Origin: Macrostomum lignano
Lineage: Eukaryota
Assembly (NCBI GenBank): GCA_002269645.1
Contig: NIVC01002599.1
Coordinates: forward strand, 62,001-126,000
Length of the DNA stretch: 64,000 nt
Direction: 5' to 3'
A program made the position numbers and the translations under genes. Shown piece after piece: positions 30,201-43,700 of the stretch (position 1 is its first letter; every line of letters begins with the position of its first letter). The notes beneath the pieces were generated by a model that was not told the DNA's origin, did not search any database, and saw only the letters and a program-made list of their open reading frames with translations.

Positions 30201-31661
30201 GCGTGCTGAGTTGGCAGGTGCTGCAGCAGCCAGTCAGCGCCGTAGCGTTCGATGAGCTGCGAATGATTGGGCAGATTGGCTTGTGATAGGTGCTGGATTT
30301 AATATTCTCGCTTTCATACGGACTTAAAACTAATTCACAGACACAGACCTGAAGCATCACCGGCTCTGCACTAATTCACAGGCACAGACCTGAAGCTTCA
30401 CCGGCTCTGCACTAATTCACAGGCACAGACCTGAAGCTTCACAGGCTCTGCACTAATTCACAGGCACAGACCTGAAGCTTCACAGGCTCTGCACGAATTT
30501 ACAGACACAGACCTGAGGCTTCACGGGCTCTGCACGAATTCACAGACACAGACCTGAAGCTTCACGGGCTCTGCACTAATTCACAGGCACAGACCTGAAG
30601 CTTCACCGGCTCTGCACTAATTCACAGGCACAGACCTGAAGCTTCACAGGCTCTGCACGAATTTACAGACACAGACCTGAGGCTTCACGGGCTCTGCACG
30701 AATTCACAGACACAGACCTGAAGCTTCACGGGCTCTGCACTAATTCACAGACACAGACGTGAAGCTTCACGGTCTCTGTACTAATTCACAGGTACAGACC
30801 TGAAGCTTCACGGTCTCTGTACTAATTCACAGGCACAGAACTGAAGCTTCACGTGTTCTGTACTAATTCACAGGCACAGACCTGAAGCTTCACCGGCTCT
30901 GCACTAATTCACAGGCACAGATCTGAAGTTTTACTAAAACCATTTCAAGGCTCAAAATAAATTCACACATTGGAAACTTGACCAGTTTATCTGACACTTA
31001 CCCACAGTGGACAGTACTTCTGCACATTGAAATACGGCTCTTTAGCGGTGCCCAGATCTGTCCTATAGCTGCCGTAATCAGCTTGCAACGAGAATGCAAT
31101 CAACTGGAATATTGTAGACTCATTTAGCAGCATATTGTAGCGAAGTACATTCTCACGTATCTGCAGATAATAATACATCTTGGCCGCCTTCTCTGGCAGC
31201 GCATTGGTTCTAACGTAGAATTTCACTCTAAAGTACACTCGGTTATTAGTGTACTGCTCGTAGCTGGCCGCACTGGCTTCGTTCGGGTCGATGGCGGTCA
31301 GATCTCCATTGCTGGCAGCCGCCTGGCGCTTCCCTTTGCCAGATCCCAGTCTGCTATGGAAGGCGCTGTTCTTCTTTAGCAGGTCTTTGAACTTCACCCT
31401 ATCGACTCGGGTCTCGTGACGCAGGAACAAATAAAAGGAGTGCATTCGCACCGCAATGCCAAACATTGACGACTCGCGAATGTCCTTCTGTTCGCATACT
31501 TTATCGAATATTTCGCCTATAGTGGTGCGCTTATCGTAGGATAAAAACACATTCTCGCCGCTGACCAGCGATACGCACAGCAGCTTCTTGTCACGCGGAC
31601 TCTGATAAAATCTGCTGCTGCTGTCCTGCGATTGCGAAGCTGCGGACGACCGACCAGACAT
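26955..31661 (-). CDS. FERM-domain protein, FRMD6/FRMD1/expanded-like, 627 aa; exons 31661-31002, 30256-29948, 27869-26955
   Basis: VYFRVKFYV, YYYLQIRENVL, FQLIAFSLQADYG, YCPLW-LIERYGADWLLQHLP, LFLGIGPVGISLYE, LPWADIVRL-RKRLEILP form a complete FERM N/central/C domain. The low-complexity tail has polyQ and polyG. All introns are phase 0 GT-AG. Confidence 0.85.
27910..28545. repeat. 20/21-bp degenerate minisatellite (GTAGTTTCCCCATCTATGCT), FERM gene intron 2 near the acceptor
   Basis: Period about 20. Confidence 0.88.
29385..29941. repeat. 23-bp minisatellite (GATTAGCAATCCATCTAGGGCTA), FERM gene intron 2 abutting the donor
   Basis: Period 23; the array starts about 7 nt from the splice donor. 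Confidence 0.93.
30335..30930. repeat. 41-bp minisatellite (GGCTCTGCACTAATTCACAGGCACAGACCTGAAGCTTCACC), FERM gene intron 1
   Basis: Period 41. Confidence 0.93.
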
Positions 31662-32799
31662 TCTACTCTGGCGTGGCCCGACTGGCCAGCAGAACCAGTG
31701 GAGGTGGGTGGGTTAATTGCCAGGATGTACTTTACTAAGGCCAACAAAACTGCTTGTCTATTTACAGTGCAGTCTATCAACTATTTGGTCAAAACTCAAA
31801 CTGATGGCCAATTGTGATATGAATTTAATTTAGGGATAGAACATGATCCTAATCCCAAAATACAAGGATACTAGAAAAAAATGGGATCATTAATCCTGCC
31901 TGACCACAAAATTTTATACTATATCTAACTGTTAATTTATTCACAAAAAAATCTATATTCAAACTCTTTTTAAAGAAATTTGCTTAGGATTTGCTTGTAG
32001 CAATTTGTTAACATTTAAGCATTTTACTTATGACTAAAAGTATTATTTAATTGATCATATGTATAAGCCAAGTAATTAATAGATAGAAAGCTTTATTTAA
32101 AAGATAAAAATAATAAGCCTATGGATAAATCTAATTTAAAAAATTTGGTTATTGCTGCTATGTGCTTTGTTAAAACTATAAAAAGCAATTTAATTTTTTT
32201 TAATTTTTTTTGAAAAAAGCAAGATTAAAATCTTTTGACTATTTTTATTTACATCAATGTTTTTAATGCAAACATGTCTAGTCAAAAACAAATATAATTT
32301 GTGCATATGTATATAATAATATAACAAAAATGCTAGAAAGTAATAATTTTAAACAGAAAGTATAGCAGTCATTTTTTATTATTGCTAAAACAAAAAGTTT
32401 TTTTAAAAGTTCAAATATAAAGTACTTATTTAATTATTTTTTATTTGTACCTGGCAATTTTTTCAATGTAATCTATAGTTTAAATAAAAGAAGCTTTTAA
32501 TATATTTTTACCTTTTTATATTAAAAATATAACATAAAAAATTACTTTTATATCATATGTTGCATTGACGCTATATATAATTTAATGTAATTTTTTGTAA
32601 AGTACATTTGTAGTGATAATGATAATTATTGATTGCATTGTTCATGAGCAGCATGCAAAAGTATAAGTACTTATGGAACACCCTTCCATATGATTTTGAT
32701 TTTATGATTTATGATTTTGCCTCTGCCTCTGTGCTGCAATCTTTGTGCTATCACACCACTGCCATGATGTACTGTCAGCAGGCTGCAGGAGGCAGTTTT

Positions 32800-33340
32800 T
32801 GTAAGAAATAGAACTTTCCAAACTGCATTGGCACAGTCGATGGCAAGCACATTCAAATAATTTGTCTATCCTGCAGTGAGTCACAGTTCTACAATTACAT
32901 GGGCTACTTCAATCTAATTTTACTAGCTGTTGTAAACCATGACTATTGTTTTCTCATGGTTGATATAAAAAATTGCAGTTTGTAGAATGATAGCACATCA
33001 TTCTACAAAGTATAATTTAAAGTTTGGAATACAACTAGAATCTAGAACATTTCCATGACTTGAACCAAAGCCATTAGCTGTTGGTGATAGAGATATACCA
33101 CATGTGCTCATTGGAGATGAGGGTTTCCTTCTATGAGACTACTTGATGAGACTATTCCTGGGCTGAAACCTAAGCCATGAAAAAGACTATCTTCAATTAC
33201 TGACTGAGTTCAGGCAGAAAAGTTTTTGAGAATGCTTTTGGAATTCTGGCACAGAAGTGGCAGATTTTCCAAAGACCTATCTAGCTCAGCCCAACAATAG
33301 CTACAACGGTTATAAAGGTGGCCCATATGCTACATAATTT
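32800..33340 (+). pseudogene. Decayed PIF/Harbinger transposase (DDE_Tnp_4-like)
   Basis: NCIGTVDGKHIQI...SQFYNYMGYFNLILLAVVNHDYCFLMVDI, then PHVLIGDEGF...IFNY*LS...VFENAFGILAQKWQIF, with stops and frameshifts. Confidence 0.8.
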
Positions 33341-35221
33341 TGTTCTAATTTACTAGGCTTCTGGACAGGAGTCCACAATTGCTGAAGAGCTGCTACAACA
33401 AATAGTCAGAAGTACATTTGCTGCAGGCAATATTGGCAGCTAGCATAGCAATGTCTAATAGTCAACAAAGGACACACCAGCCCAGCTTGCAGAATTTTTC
33501 ATGTTAGATAAGGGTTCCATGCCATGGCAAATGCAAAAGTATTCATCAAGAGTGACAATTTGAATCTTTCTCCTATGGACCATAAGAATCATGAGAATCA
33601 TTGTTGCATAACAATTATTATTAGTAGCAATGGTTGATAATGACATGATAATGATTTAATAATAAATATAGATAATTTCTTTAACCAAGAACTTCAGAGT
33701 TGGTTGAATATTTAATTGCAATGTATTATTCCAGTATCATTTTCCTAGAAATCCACAATTGCTATATTTTTTTCTAACAATGTTTTGCTTATCTAGCTTT
33801 TAGAGTACCTTTGCTTATCCAAGCTTACTAAATAGTAAAATACTACACTTGGGATTGCTGATTTTATTAGACCAAAGTTTACCAAAGATTAACTTTTGTA
33901 CTCTTTTGTGTTTTTCTTCATTTATCCAGAATTTGAATTTGCTATATCATTAATCCTATTTAGCATGTTGCCCAAAATTCTAGGCATAGCAGATGTACAT
34001 ATTTATTAAAATTACTAATTAAAAATATACAAAATTTAGAGACTTACAAAAGAGAAAAATACTACTCAAACATAATCCACAACAATGCTAGTCTCTTGAA
34101 ATTTAAATGATGAGTCTTTTTAATATTTCATTAAATAGACTCTATACTTAATTTGCTAAGTTAAAGGTAGTCACGGCTGGTTGCGAGGGCCACTTCAATT
34201 AGATCCTGGCCATTGATTGAATGCTGCTGATTTTGTATTCCTCAAATTTGTTGATAGATGCAAACAATCTCAAAATTTTAAGTTGCATCTGGGAGCTTTG
34301 TGGACGACTTAGGCACCAAATTTTGCCACAACCATGTGACCAAACAAGGCACTTTCATCATCAGCCTCTTGACTTGCCTTGATTGAATTTTGGTCAGCTA
34401 TTCATCCATTGACTTGTGTCTATTAGAACTGTTTTCTTGTAGGTTGACATCTTTTTCATGGATATGATTCATTTTGCTTCATTAAGATATCTTGGGACAC
34501 CTGAATTATGTTAGACTCCCTCTGGAATCTGTCATCTTTGGAATCATCTACAGACAACCCATTGGTTGCCTCCTTAGTGCAGCTGCTATCCAAAAAGTTG
34601 CAGCAGTTAAACAGTGGCCACTTGGAGTTATACATTTCCTAGCTCCCTATGTTGCTTTTGACTTTTTGTTGACATTTGGCCTTTTCACAACTGTAGCAAT
34701 CACAAATGCCGCCACTTCCTTACCATAGATTCTTGAGCTTGAACCCATCTCTTCTAGCTGTCTTCACCCTTCTAGGCAAGTTGAATGCTTTCCCACACTT
34801 CATCCTTCTTCTTTGAATTTTGATAATTAGGATGGTGAAAGTTGTACAAACAGGATTCTCTTGAACCTTCAATACTAGCAGCTCTAATGGCAACCAACAA
34901 GCTTGTTCCTTCTATTTGCACTGGCTTATGTTGTTCTACTCAGTCTCAAGTGATAAAAAATAATAAAATAGCTAATAATTAATAACTTGACTTGTATGCT
35001 AACCAATCAATTTCTATGTAATAGCCAGACTAGAGGGAGGGTTACTTAAATAGAGGTTTGAATTGAATTTTATGTATCTAATCACTATTTGTATTGTTTG
35101 TTGTATAAGAGAAAAGGTAGTCAATATGCAGTGCTTTTGTTGATCAACTGGCCTTTGTGTGATTATCTTTTGGCTCATTCCATATAAGCATAGTCATAAC
35201 ATGATAGGCTATTTTTACTTA

Positions 35222-35978
35222 CCAGGGGTGTCCCAAAAGTTCCCGGAATGTCTAACGTAGCTCTTCAACAGAGCCATGAAATTTCACGCCCATGGTGTCA
35301 AATGAAAGGAAATTTTGTCACAAAGAATACAAAGTAAAAATCATGTTGATATCTTTTTTTATTCAAGAGCTACAGCAAGAAACGTGCGCAAAGGTCAGGG
35401 GTAGTGTTACACAACCTCAACAATCTATGGCAATAATTTTTTCATCTCCATTTTTGGAGTTTTTCATTTTGAATTCGTGCTATTGACGTGTTAGAAAGAC
35501 GTGGTAGTGTCTATGGAAAAAAGCAGAAATGTTCATAAAGCTAATCTGAGCTTTTGCACGAGTGCAGATAATTCGTACCAAGCGATTGCTTTCAACTTGA
35601 AATTTCTTTGCGAAAATGAGTTCTCTTCAGAGCCTTGAAAGTCAAGTTTTTGCCCTTTGGTCAGTAGGATGGAGTCGAGCCAAGATTTCTGACCACTTAT
35701 TCTCCATCCACAGTGAGAACAGCCTGAAAAAAACTGCAATTTACGGATGGATTGAATGCTTTAGAGATGGCCAGTCTGCTGTGAATGAATTTAAAATGAA
35801 AAACTCCTTTGCGTACGTTTCTTGCTGTAGCTCTTGAATAAAAAAAGATATCAACATGATTTTAACTTTGTATTCTTTGTGACAAAATTTCCTTTCATTT
35901 GACACCATGGGCGTGAAATTTCATGGCTCTGTTGAAGAGTTACATTAGACATTCCGGGAACTTTTGGGACACCCCCCG
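35222..35978 (+). mobile_element. Internally deleted Tc1/mariner element
   Basis: About 175-bp near-perfect TIRs (c.35222-35395 and 35806-35978) and TA on both flanks (35220-35221, 35979-35980). An internal remnant HSENSLKKTAIYGWIECFRDGQSAVNE resembles the mariner N-terminal HTH. Confidence 0.85.
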
Positions 35979-37275
35979 TATAAATTGAAATTTAATAATA
36001 GAATATACTAAACCAATATTTCTAGTAAGACTATTTTGTCAAGAATATGTTTATATAGTTTCATATAGATATCATCAATAGTATAGATGCTATTAAAACT
36101 TGAATGGCGCTTATGGTCGTAACAATAGGATTTTTGACATATAGGCCTAGAAACTAAAAGGTAAAAGTCTTATAAAATTTTTCATTTTTGATATTTTGCA
36201 ATAATTTTTTTTAATTTGACTAAGAACATCTTCAGAAATCATACTCTTATATTAGAATATGTAAATATAATAAAAGTCACATGTTTCAAGCATTAATAAT
36301 AATAACTCAACTATATCTGTTTTAAAAAATTTAGAGTCATTTAAAAAAGGCTTTGGCCATAAGCCATGGCCTTTGGCCCTAGCCATGCTATATCAGCCAG
36401 CTTAGCAATTGTGCCATAGCCAGAGCTAGGCCTATACTGCCATTCTAACAAACTCTCATTATTGCAGGCTGCACTCTGCAGGTGCTTGCATGTTGCACTA
36501 ACCACTAACCCCTCAGGCCACTGGCCACTGCTGCCTATCCCTCCCATCTGTTCTGTGAATGTGAGTGTGTATGTGCAAGGGGGGCTCCCTTCTGCATCCT
36601 AATATTTATACAGTTATAAGTAATAAGAAGAGAGAAAAAGCATGAAAAAATACTAAAAAATAAGTAATATGTATCAATAATGAGTTAGTTATATTCAATA
36701 AGTTAAAAACATTGATTCTAGTATTTGGATTCCACATGCGAAAATTTAACTATACACTTGGGATACAACTAATACACTTCTAATACTAATGTATGGCTTA
36801 TAATACATAAGCCTAAGCCTAATATTAGGCCTTTTAACTTTGTAAGCTTAAGTACTGAGCTAAAAGTAGGGTCTACCGTATTTTAATTGGAATAGTACAG
36901 ATAAAAACTGATGGGCATGTCTATTGCGTTTAACAATCAGATATATATCAATCGATACACTTCCGGTCCAATAAAAGCAAAACAGCAGATTCAACTATAA
37001 CCGGCTATCCGGCTATCCGTAACCGCCGCCACCTACGCTTTTTTATTTAATTCTCAATTGTTTCTACGAAACGAAGCCAACTTAAAATGTTTTCATTTTA
37101 CGTAGACTATAACAAAAAATATTTTTAAAATCATCCCAGTGAATTGAAATTATAAGTTTTTAGAGAGAGTGGAAAATGGGTTAATCATCTGCACTTAAAA
37201 GACATTCAGATACAATTTAAATAGCCGAAATGCATATTAACAAAATGCAGGATAAAATTTATATTCAATTATTGG

Positions 37276-37634
37276 CAGGGGCGTCGCCACCGAGGGGACA
37301 TTATCCCCCTGGGGGATAATCTATGGGGGAAATGCCCATGCTTTGTCCCCCCCACCCAACCCTGTGGTGACCCGCTGTGGAAATCAATAATTTGCTTCAG
37401 GGCGACAAAATACATGTATAGCGCCTGCGGCAGGAAAATGAGTGCCTGCGGCGCCAAAATGATTGCTAAAATGAGTGCTAAAATGAGTGCTTGCGGCGCT
37501 AAAGAGTTCCTGCGGCGCGAAAATGAGTGTCTGCGGCACCAAAATGAGGCCGACAACACCAATTCTCAAAATAATGTACATGTAGAATTCTTGGCTTTGT
37601 CCCCTCCACTATAAAATTCATGGGGATTCCCTTG
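37276..37634. mobile_element. Older hAT-type MITE related to the 7306-7748 element
   Basis: Left end CAGGGGCGTCGCCA with a degenerate right end. 8-bp flanks attattgg / attatttg. Internal ATGAGTGCCTGCGGCGCCAAAA is the reverse complement of the 21-bp unit in the first MITE. Confidence 0.55.
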
Positions 37635-39390
37635 ATTATTTGATCGATATTAACACTCACTCAAGTTCGGGATTCAAGCATTGTTAACGAATTCTTGCTG
37701 ATATCGGTACTGAAAACAGGGGGATACTTTTTTCTCTACAAAAACATTAGATTGTACGATATACTGTAATCATGCATACAACGCATAGCTTAAACTGGTT
37801 TGATACTTACAATCGAGTGCTCTGAGCTTTTCTGCATGCCATGCCTACAAATATCACTTCTATCTACGATATTTTTTTTCTATTTAATCGCACTTGATCG
37901 AAAAAACCATTTTCCCTAAACTTTTGTTCATTCAGTTACATATATATTACATTTGGATGTACAGTACACATGCATGTATTAGTTGCACATTTACATGTAA
38001 TGCTGTAGCTAAGCTATAACAGTCGCCCACTTTGCTTATGAATTTATCTATACGCTCGCCGCTCGTATTTACGGTAAGTGGGTGGGTGGATCCTTTCTCA
38101 ATTCATGCATGAGTACGACAGGTCATGCCAATACATGCCATGCTTTGTCGGCTATTCAATTTGATTTTACAAAGCAAACAGATCGCCTTAGTTATGCGGT
38201 AGCAATGCAAAATTTGCTCATCAAACACTGCTTTTTTTTGGAACAAAAAAGCCGAGAAAATAAAAAGACCACGCGCGGTCAATCAAACGACTGAGAAATT
38301 CACATGGCCTCAAAAGTTTGCTTTTTAACAATGAAGTATATGCACTGTTAGGCGCAATATCAGATTTCATTCGCTTTTCATGCGTACAGCTCTTCGAAAA
38401 AGAACGCTATAGCGACGCTACTGCATATGATTTTGAGCAACATGAGAAAACACCAAGCATATAATCGCTGGTTTATAAAATAAAAGTCATTTGCGTGCCA
38501 TTTTTAATCTACCGAGAACATTTAATATTGCTATAAAAAAGCGTTATGTTACTGAGTTCGTAGCTTTCATGTAGCTACATGTACCTACTTCATGAAGGTT
38601 TTGCAGTTTCTATAGCTAACTGGCATAGCTATATGGTAACTAAGTAATTTTGTACTCAAAAAAATCATGCACGCAATACATGTAATGCATAGCGCGCCAG
38701 TGGCGAAGCTAAACAACAAAGATTAATTTACGCGCGCCCCCGCACAGCCCAGCAGGTGAAAATTTGTCCCCCGACAAAATAAGCGACGAGTGTAGAAGCA
38801 ATCTCTTAGCTCTGAGTATAGTACCCAGCTGCTGCATAGGCAAAGAGGGGTTTGCTTTGAAGAAGACCCACCGAAAACGGCCTCATTCATGAGCCTTAAT
38901 TCTCTCTACCTGCGAGCTGCACCATTGTCTATTTTATTCCATCAAAAACACTCGAGCTGTTGTTTTGCTCCGAATAGAAAGCCCCCCCCCCCGGACTCTT
39001 CCAGCCCGTCAAAACTCGGTCCGAGTTCGATGGTACTAAACAGTTTATAACGCAATATGCTTTTATTAACAAAAGTGCTTCATTTCAGAGTAGCCTTCTG
39101 CATCACGCATGCTGTTCGTGTTCTTCTTTTTTGTTTTAACGGCCGCGCCTTGATCATCTCATGCCTAATTGTTTTAATAAAGACAACAGTGTCTACAGTA
39201 GTGTAGTGCAGCCTCCTCACAAGCACACTGTCTAATTTCAAAGGTCACCTAGTTTGGTGCTGGTGCATCGGCGAAGCAAGCAAAATCTGGTATAGAGACA
39301 ACAAAACTATCTAGTGAATTTTTTAGCGCCTTATTCTAGTTCATCAATCTCACCGATATCTTACCTGCTGGACTTTAAATTCCAGATGAA

Positions 39391-39394
<4 letters not shown>

Positions 39395-39442
<48 letters not shown>
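39395..39442. repeat. (TG)n microsatellite
   Basis: Directly visible. Confidence 0.95.
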
Positions 39443-39443
<1 letters not shown>

Positions 39444-40755
39444 GTGCACTTACAAGTTTGCCGAGCAAAGTTCCGGGGAAATTTCCTATAGGTTGTTCTC
39501 ATCATGCCTACAGCATGCAGTGTCCACCGAATTGATCCGTGGCGAAAATCCAGGTATGCAAAACAGCATCTTTCTGAAAGCCGTTTAGAACGGCTTTAAC
39601 TAATCTTACGAACATGTTGATGACCTCGGAAAAAATGTACAAGCCTTATTCATTTGGAGCCCAAACAGCAAACAAAAACAACAAGGCGGGGCAACAGAGT
39701 ACAGTTCACAGATGAAGTATTGGGAATTTAGTGCTAAAAAACTGAAAACTTCCCATCTCGTCAATGCATTTTGCAGCGAAAACGCGGCCTCCAGTCCTTC
39801 TACGATCGTATAGTAGTCCATGGTGTGAATTATTCAAACATGAACGGCATAGCTGCAAAAAGCTACAGTGCATGCATTTCCTAAAGTTTATCATTTTTTC
39901 TCTTTCACAACTCCTTATCGTTAACTTTAGCGCCACTTTCAAGTGCACATATAGAGATTTTTCAACTGCTCAATCGTAGGTTATATAGATTTCGGCTGCT
40001 ATAGGAATTCGCCTTATGAGCCCTAGAGAGGGTCGCGCAGACTTGGGCCACAAGTCGAGCCGCAGGTTCAAGCTATGCTTCAACTTATCTGTGAGTTATT
40101 ATATTCTATTTTTTTTCTGTCCCGTAAATGAAACCCAAAAAAACCAGCTCAGCCCTAACTCAGAGAGAAGAGAGCGAGACTTCGAAATGAGACAGCAATA
40201 GGCGAAAGAACTAGCTGCCTTAGCCAATTACCTGCTGTTACCTGTGAATGTCTCACTCGCTGAATGCCCCTGCCAGCCTAAAATAGCACTCCAACCGAAG
40301 ACGTCTCTTGTCTGTCGTTTCTTTCTTTCTTTCTCAAAAATCTTCCATCTTGCCACATCTCTCTCTCTCTCTCTCCGCCGCATCAATTCTCTCTCTCAGG
40401 TGTTGCTTTTATTTCCACTGTTGCTCAGTTTCTTAAGTCTGTGACTCTCCGCTACTTACGCGAATAGTCGGCCCTGACAGAAAAAAGGATACTGCAGCAT
40501 CCAGCTGCAGTTCATCTGCTTAAAAAAATTAATTACTCAGGGGCTCCCACCGGCAGACGAGCGCCATAAAAGCGAAGCCTAGATTCTGTTTGAAGCCTAG
40601 ATCCACCGCACTGCGTGCAAGCCTAGCCATCCTAACGGAGCCATTTCATTCAACATAGGTGAGTTCATATATACCTTCTTTTTGAAGTGGTTCATCAGTC
40701 TAAACGTGTATATTCACTTATCCAAATTCTTAAACGACACCTTGCAGCATTCGGC

Positions 40756-43700
40756 ATGGACTCGGGCTGCTACACGGATCCAGAAAGGGAGAGCAGCGGC
40801 AGCAGCGGCCGCTCCTTCTCTGCGTCTTCGAAGGCCAACGATCCTAAATCACAAACTTCTCCCAAGCAGGTAGTTCTGGAGGAGGTGGTGGCCGAGGAGT
40901 ACCAGCCGACGGTCGAGGAGCAGTTGGAGTACGCTGCCACGATAGGCATCGATCCGGAGTCCGAGCCGGAGCTGATGCACCTTGCTGCTGAGGGCCTGAA
41001 AGCCGCCCTGCCACCAAATTGGCGACCAGTACAGGTGTCTAATGGCGGCGACGATCTAGTGTACTATTTCAACTTTCAGACTGGCCAGTCAACTTGGGAG
41101 CATCCGCGCGACGAGCACTTCCGCCAGTTAGTAGTTCAAGAGAGGGTCCGACTGCGCACTCGTCGGTTCAACAGGAGTGGCCGAGGCGTTGTGCGATTTC
41201 AGGAGGACCCGGCGGCGGAGTGCGCTCGGCGAAGCCGCGCAGCCGAGGAAGAGAAGGGGGCAGCCGCGATGCGAATGGAACTGCAGTCCCGGCTGACAGC
41301 TGAGGAAGCGGAGCTCCGAGCGGAGATGAGGGCGCGAGTGGCGGCTGAGGAGGCTAAACTGAGGACGGAGCTGCAAGCTCAGATGGAAACGGAACGAAGA
41401 TCGCTACTACAGAAGCTTGAGCAGGAAGCTGAGGACTTACGTGAGGAGCAGCGACGCCTGCTGGAGCTAGAGACGGCGGAGAGGCGGGTGGAGGCGATGG
41501 CGCAGCTCACAGAGCTCCGAGCAGAGGTTGAGCAGCTGAAGAGGACAAAGGCGACGGCAATTCGGCATGAGCAGACGGTGCAGTCGGAAGAGACTCAATC
41601 GAAGCCGCGATGCCCGCGATTCCGGATGCCCCAGCGTTGCGTGTCAGTGGACGAATCCGCTGTCACAAGCGCTGATAACCGCGACCGCAGCGACATTGAC
41701 GAAGATCTGGACGACCGCAGCAGCGGTAGCCGCGGCGGCAGGCTTAGTGTTGACGCTATCGGCCGCGCAAGAAGCTTTCTCAGCCGGCACCTGTCGTCGG
41801 AGCGCGGCTTTGTGAAGCCAAACCCGCCTGAACCCGTTGCTGGGGCGTCTAGGAAGCGACCGCAGCTGCGTGCCAGTCGCGCCTCGCGCAGGGCGTCACC
41901 TTCCAACGGCTCCGAGTACTCCGTAGAAGGCTCGCTAGACACGGCGCGGATGGAGGTAGCTTATCCGGATGTCGCCTCAATGGTCGGTGCTAGCGCAGAG
42001 CATGACCGCAGGGAGACTGGGCAAGAGGCGTCCGCCGCCCTGGCGGCAGAACTGATGAAGCTGCGCTGCAACAGTTTGCCGAGTCTGGCTGCTCGTTTGG
42101 AGAACGAGGAGACAACCTGCTCAGAGTCAAGGTGAGATTACCTGTTCTGAACACCTAACCATACTATCATCCATGATTTTAACCGTTTATCTATTGTGCA
42201 GCATGTTACCACTTATTTAATTGAAATTCAGCTTGATTTGCGACTTTCATACACTCATCAAAATTAAAATCAAGGAAAAGGGCAATGTTGCGCTAGAATT
42301 CTGAGGGACAGGACGGCGGGAAATCCAGAATCAACCACATCGCCGACCAACTCCCGGGTTTCTAAGACTGCTCTCTCTCTCTTTCTCTTTCATTCTTTCG
42401 CTCTTGGCAGAGCCATATGGTTCTATAATAGCTCGTAGCTGTAGCTACTAATTGCTAGCCAGCCCCGGCTTCTTCCGCTCCTGCCTCCTTTTCCAAAGCA
42501 CAGGGGGTGGGTGTTGTGCCGCACCCATCTTTCTCAAAACAAAGCCAGCCCCCCATCTTCTTTCTTTTTTACGTAGCTCAAATTCACAGAATAGGCAGGA
42601 GAATGGAGCGAGTGGAAAGCGCGGGGGCGATGGCCGGCCAGTGCTAGGGGTGAATTGAAGCCAAGCACACAGTGGTTCAGTAATTCAAAGATGGGCACGC
42701 ATTCTGTGAGTGAGCGTAGCCAAGTAGACTCTCAGTGGGCTTCTATGCTCGTAGATCTTTTGGTCTCTTGTTTACTCGTCGGGTCCACAATGACTAGTAT
42801 GCATTAAGCAGGTTTGGGTCATTCCAGCCAGGAGGAACAAGCGGGCTTGAAAATGTTGCAGTATGGTTTGAGGCTTGAATGTCCGGGCGATTGACACGGA
42901 ATGGCGATTGACCAACGGTTGGAAGGTTGATAGTCTGTACGAAGAGCACGGAAGGGTTGGTGGTCTGTAGGAATGGCACGGAAGGGTCGATGGTCTGTAG
43001 GAATGGCACGGAAGGGTCGATGGTCTGTAGGAATGGCACGGAAGGGTCGATGGTCTGTAAGGAGTGCACGGAAGGGTTGGTGGTCTGTACGGAGGGCACG
43101 GGAGGGTTGGTGGTCTGTACGGAGGGCACGGGAGGGTTGGTGGTCTGTAGGAATGGCACGGAAGGGTCGATGGTCTGTAGGAATGGCACGGAAGGGTCGA
43201 TGGTCTGTAAGAAGTGCACGGGAGGGTTGGTGGTCTGTACGGAGGGCACGGGAGGGTTGATAATCTGTACAGAGGGCACAGAAGGGTTGGTGGTCTGTAC
43301 GGAGGGCACGGAAGGGTTGGTGGTCTGTACGGAGGGCACAGGAGGGCTGATGGTCTGTACGGAGGGCACAAGAGGGCTGATGGTCTGTACGGAGGGCACA
43401 GGAGGGTTGATGGTCTGTACGGAGGGCACAAGAGGGCTGATGGTCTGTACAGAGGGCACAGGAGGGCTGATAATCCGTACGGAGGGCGCAAAAGACGCGT
43501 ATTTTTTGCGAGCCATGTTAAAAAATCAACCTTGAGAGCGGAAAAACTTCTAAAATGTACTCATAGTAGCCTTGAATTCATAGAAAACAACACTGGAAAC
43601 AGTCGAGTTGGACAAAATTTTCCCAACACTACTCAACCATATCTCCATCTCCAGCGAGCAGCAGCCGAAGGCTAAGCAGGACCGACAGTCCTCTGCTGCC

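Noticed and set aside
38696-38790. CAGTGGCGAAGC, a hAT-like terminus
   Set aside because: No matching inverted end or TSD was found.
42772-43675. Pro/Thr-rich and Gly-rich ORFs on both strands
   Set aside because: They come from the 30-bp array in the CEP164 intron.
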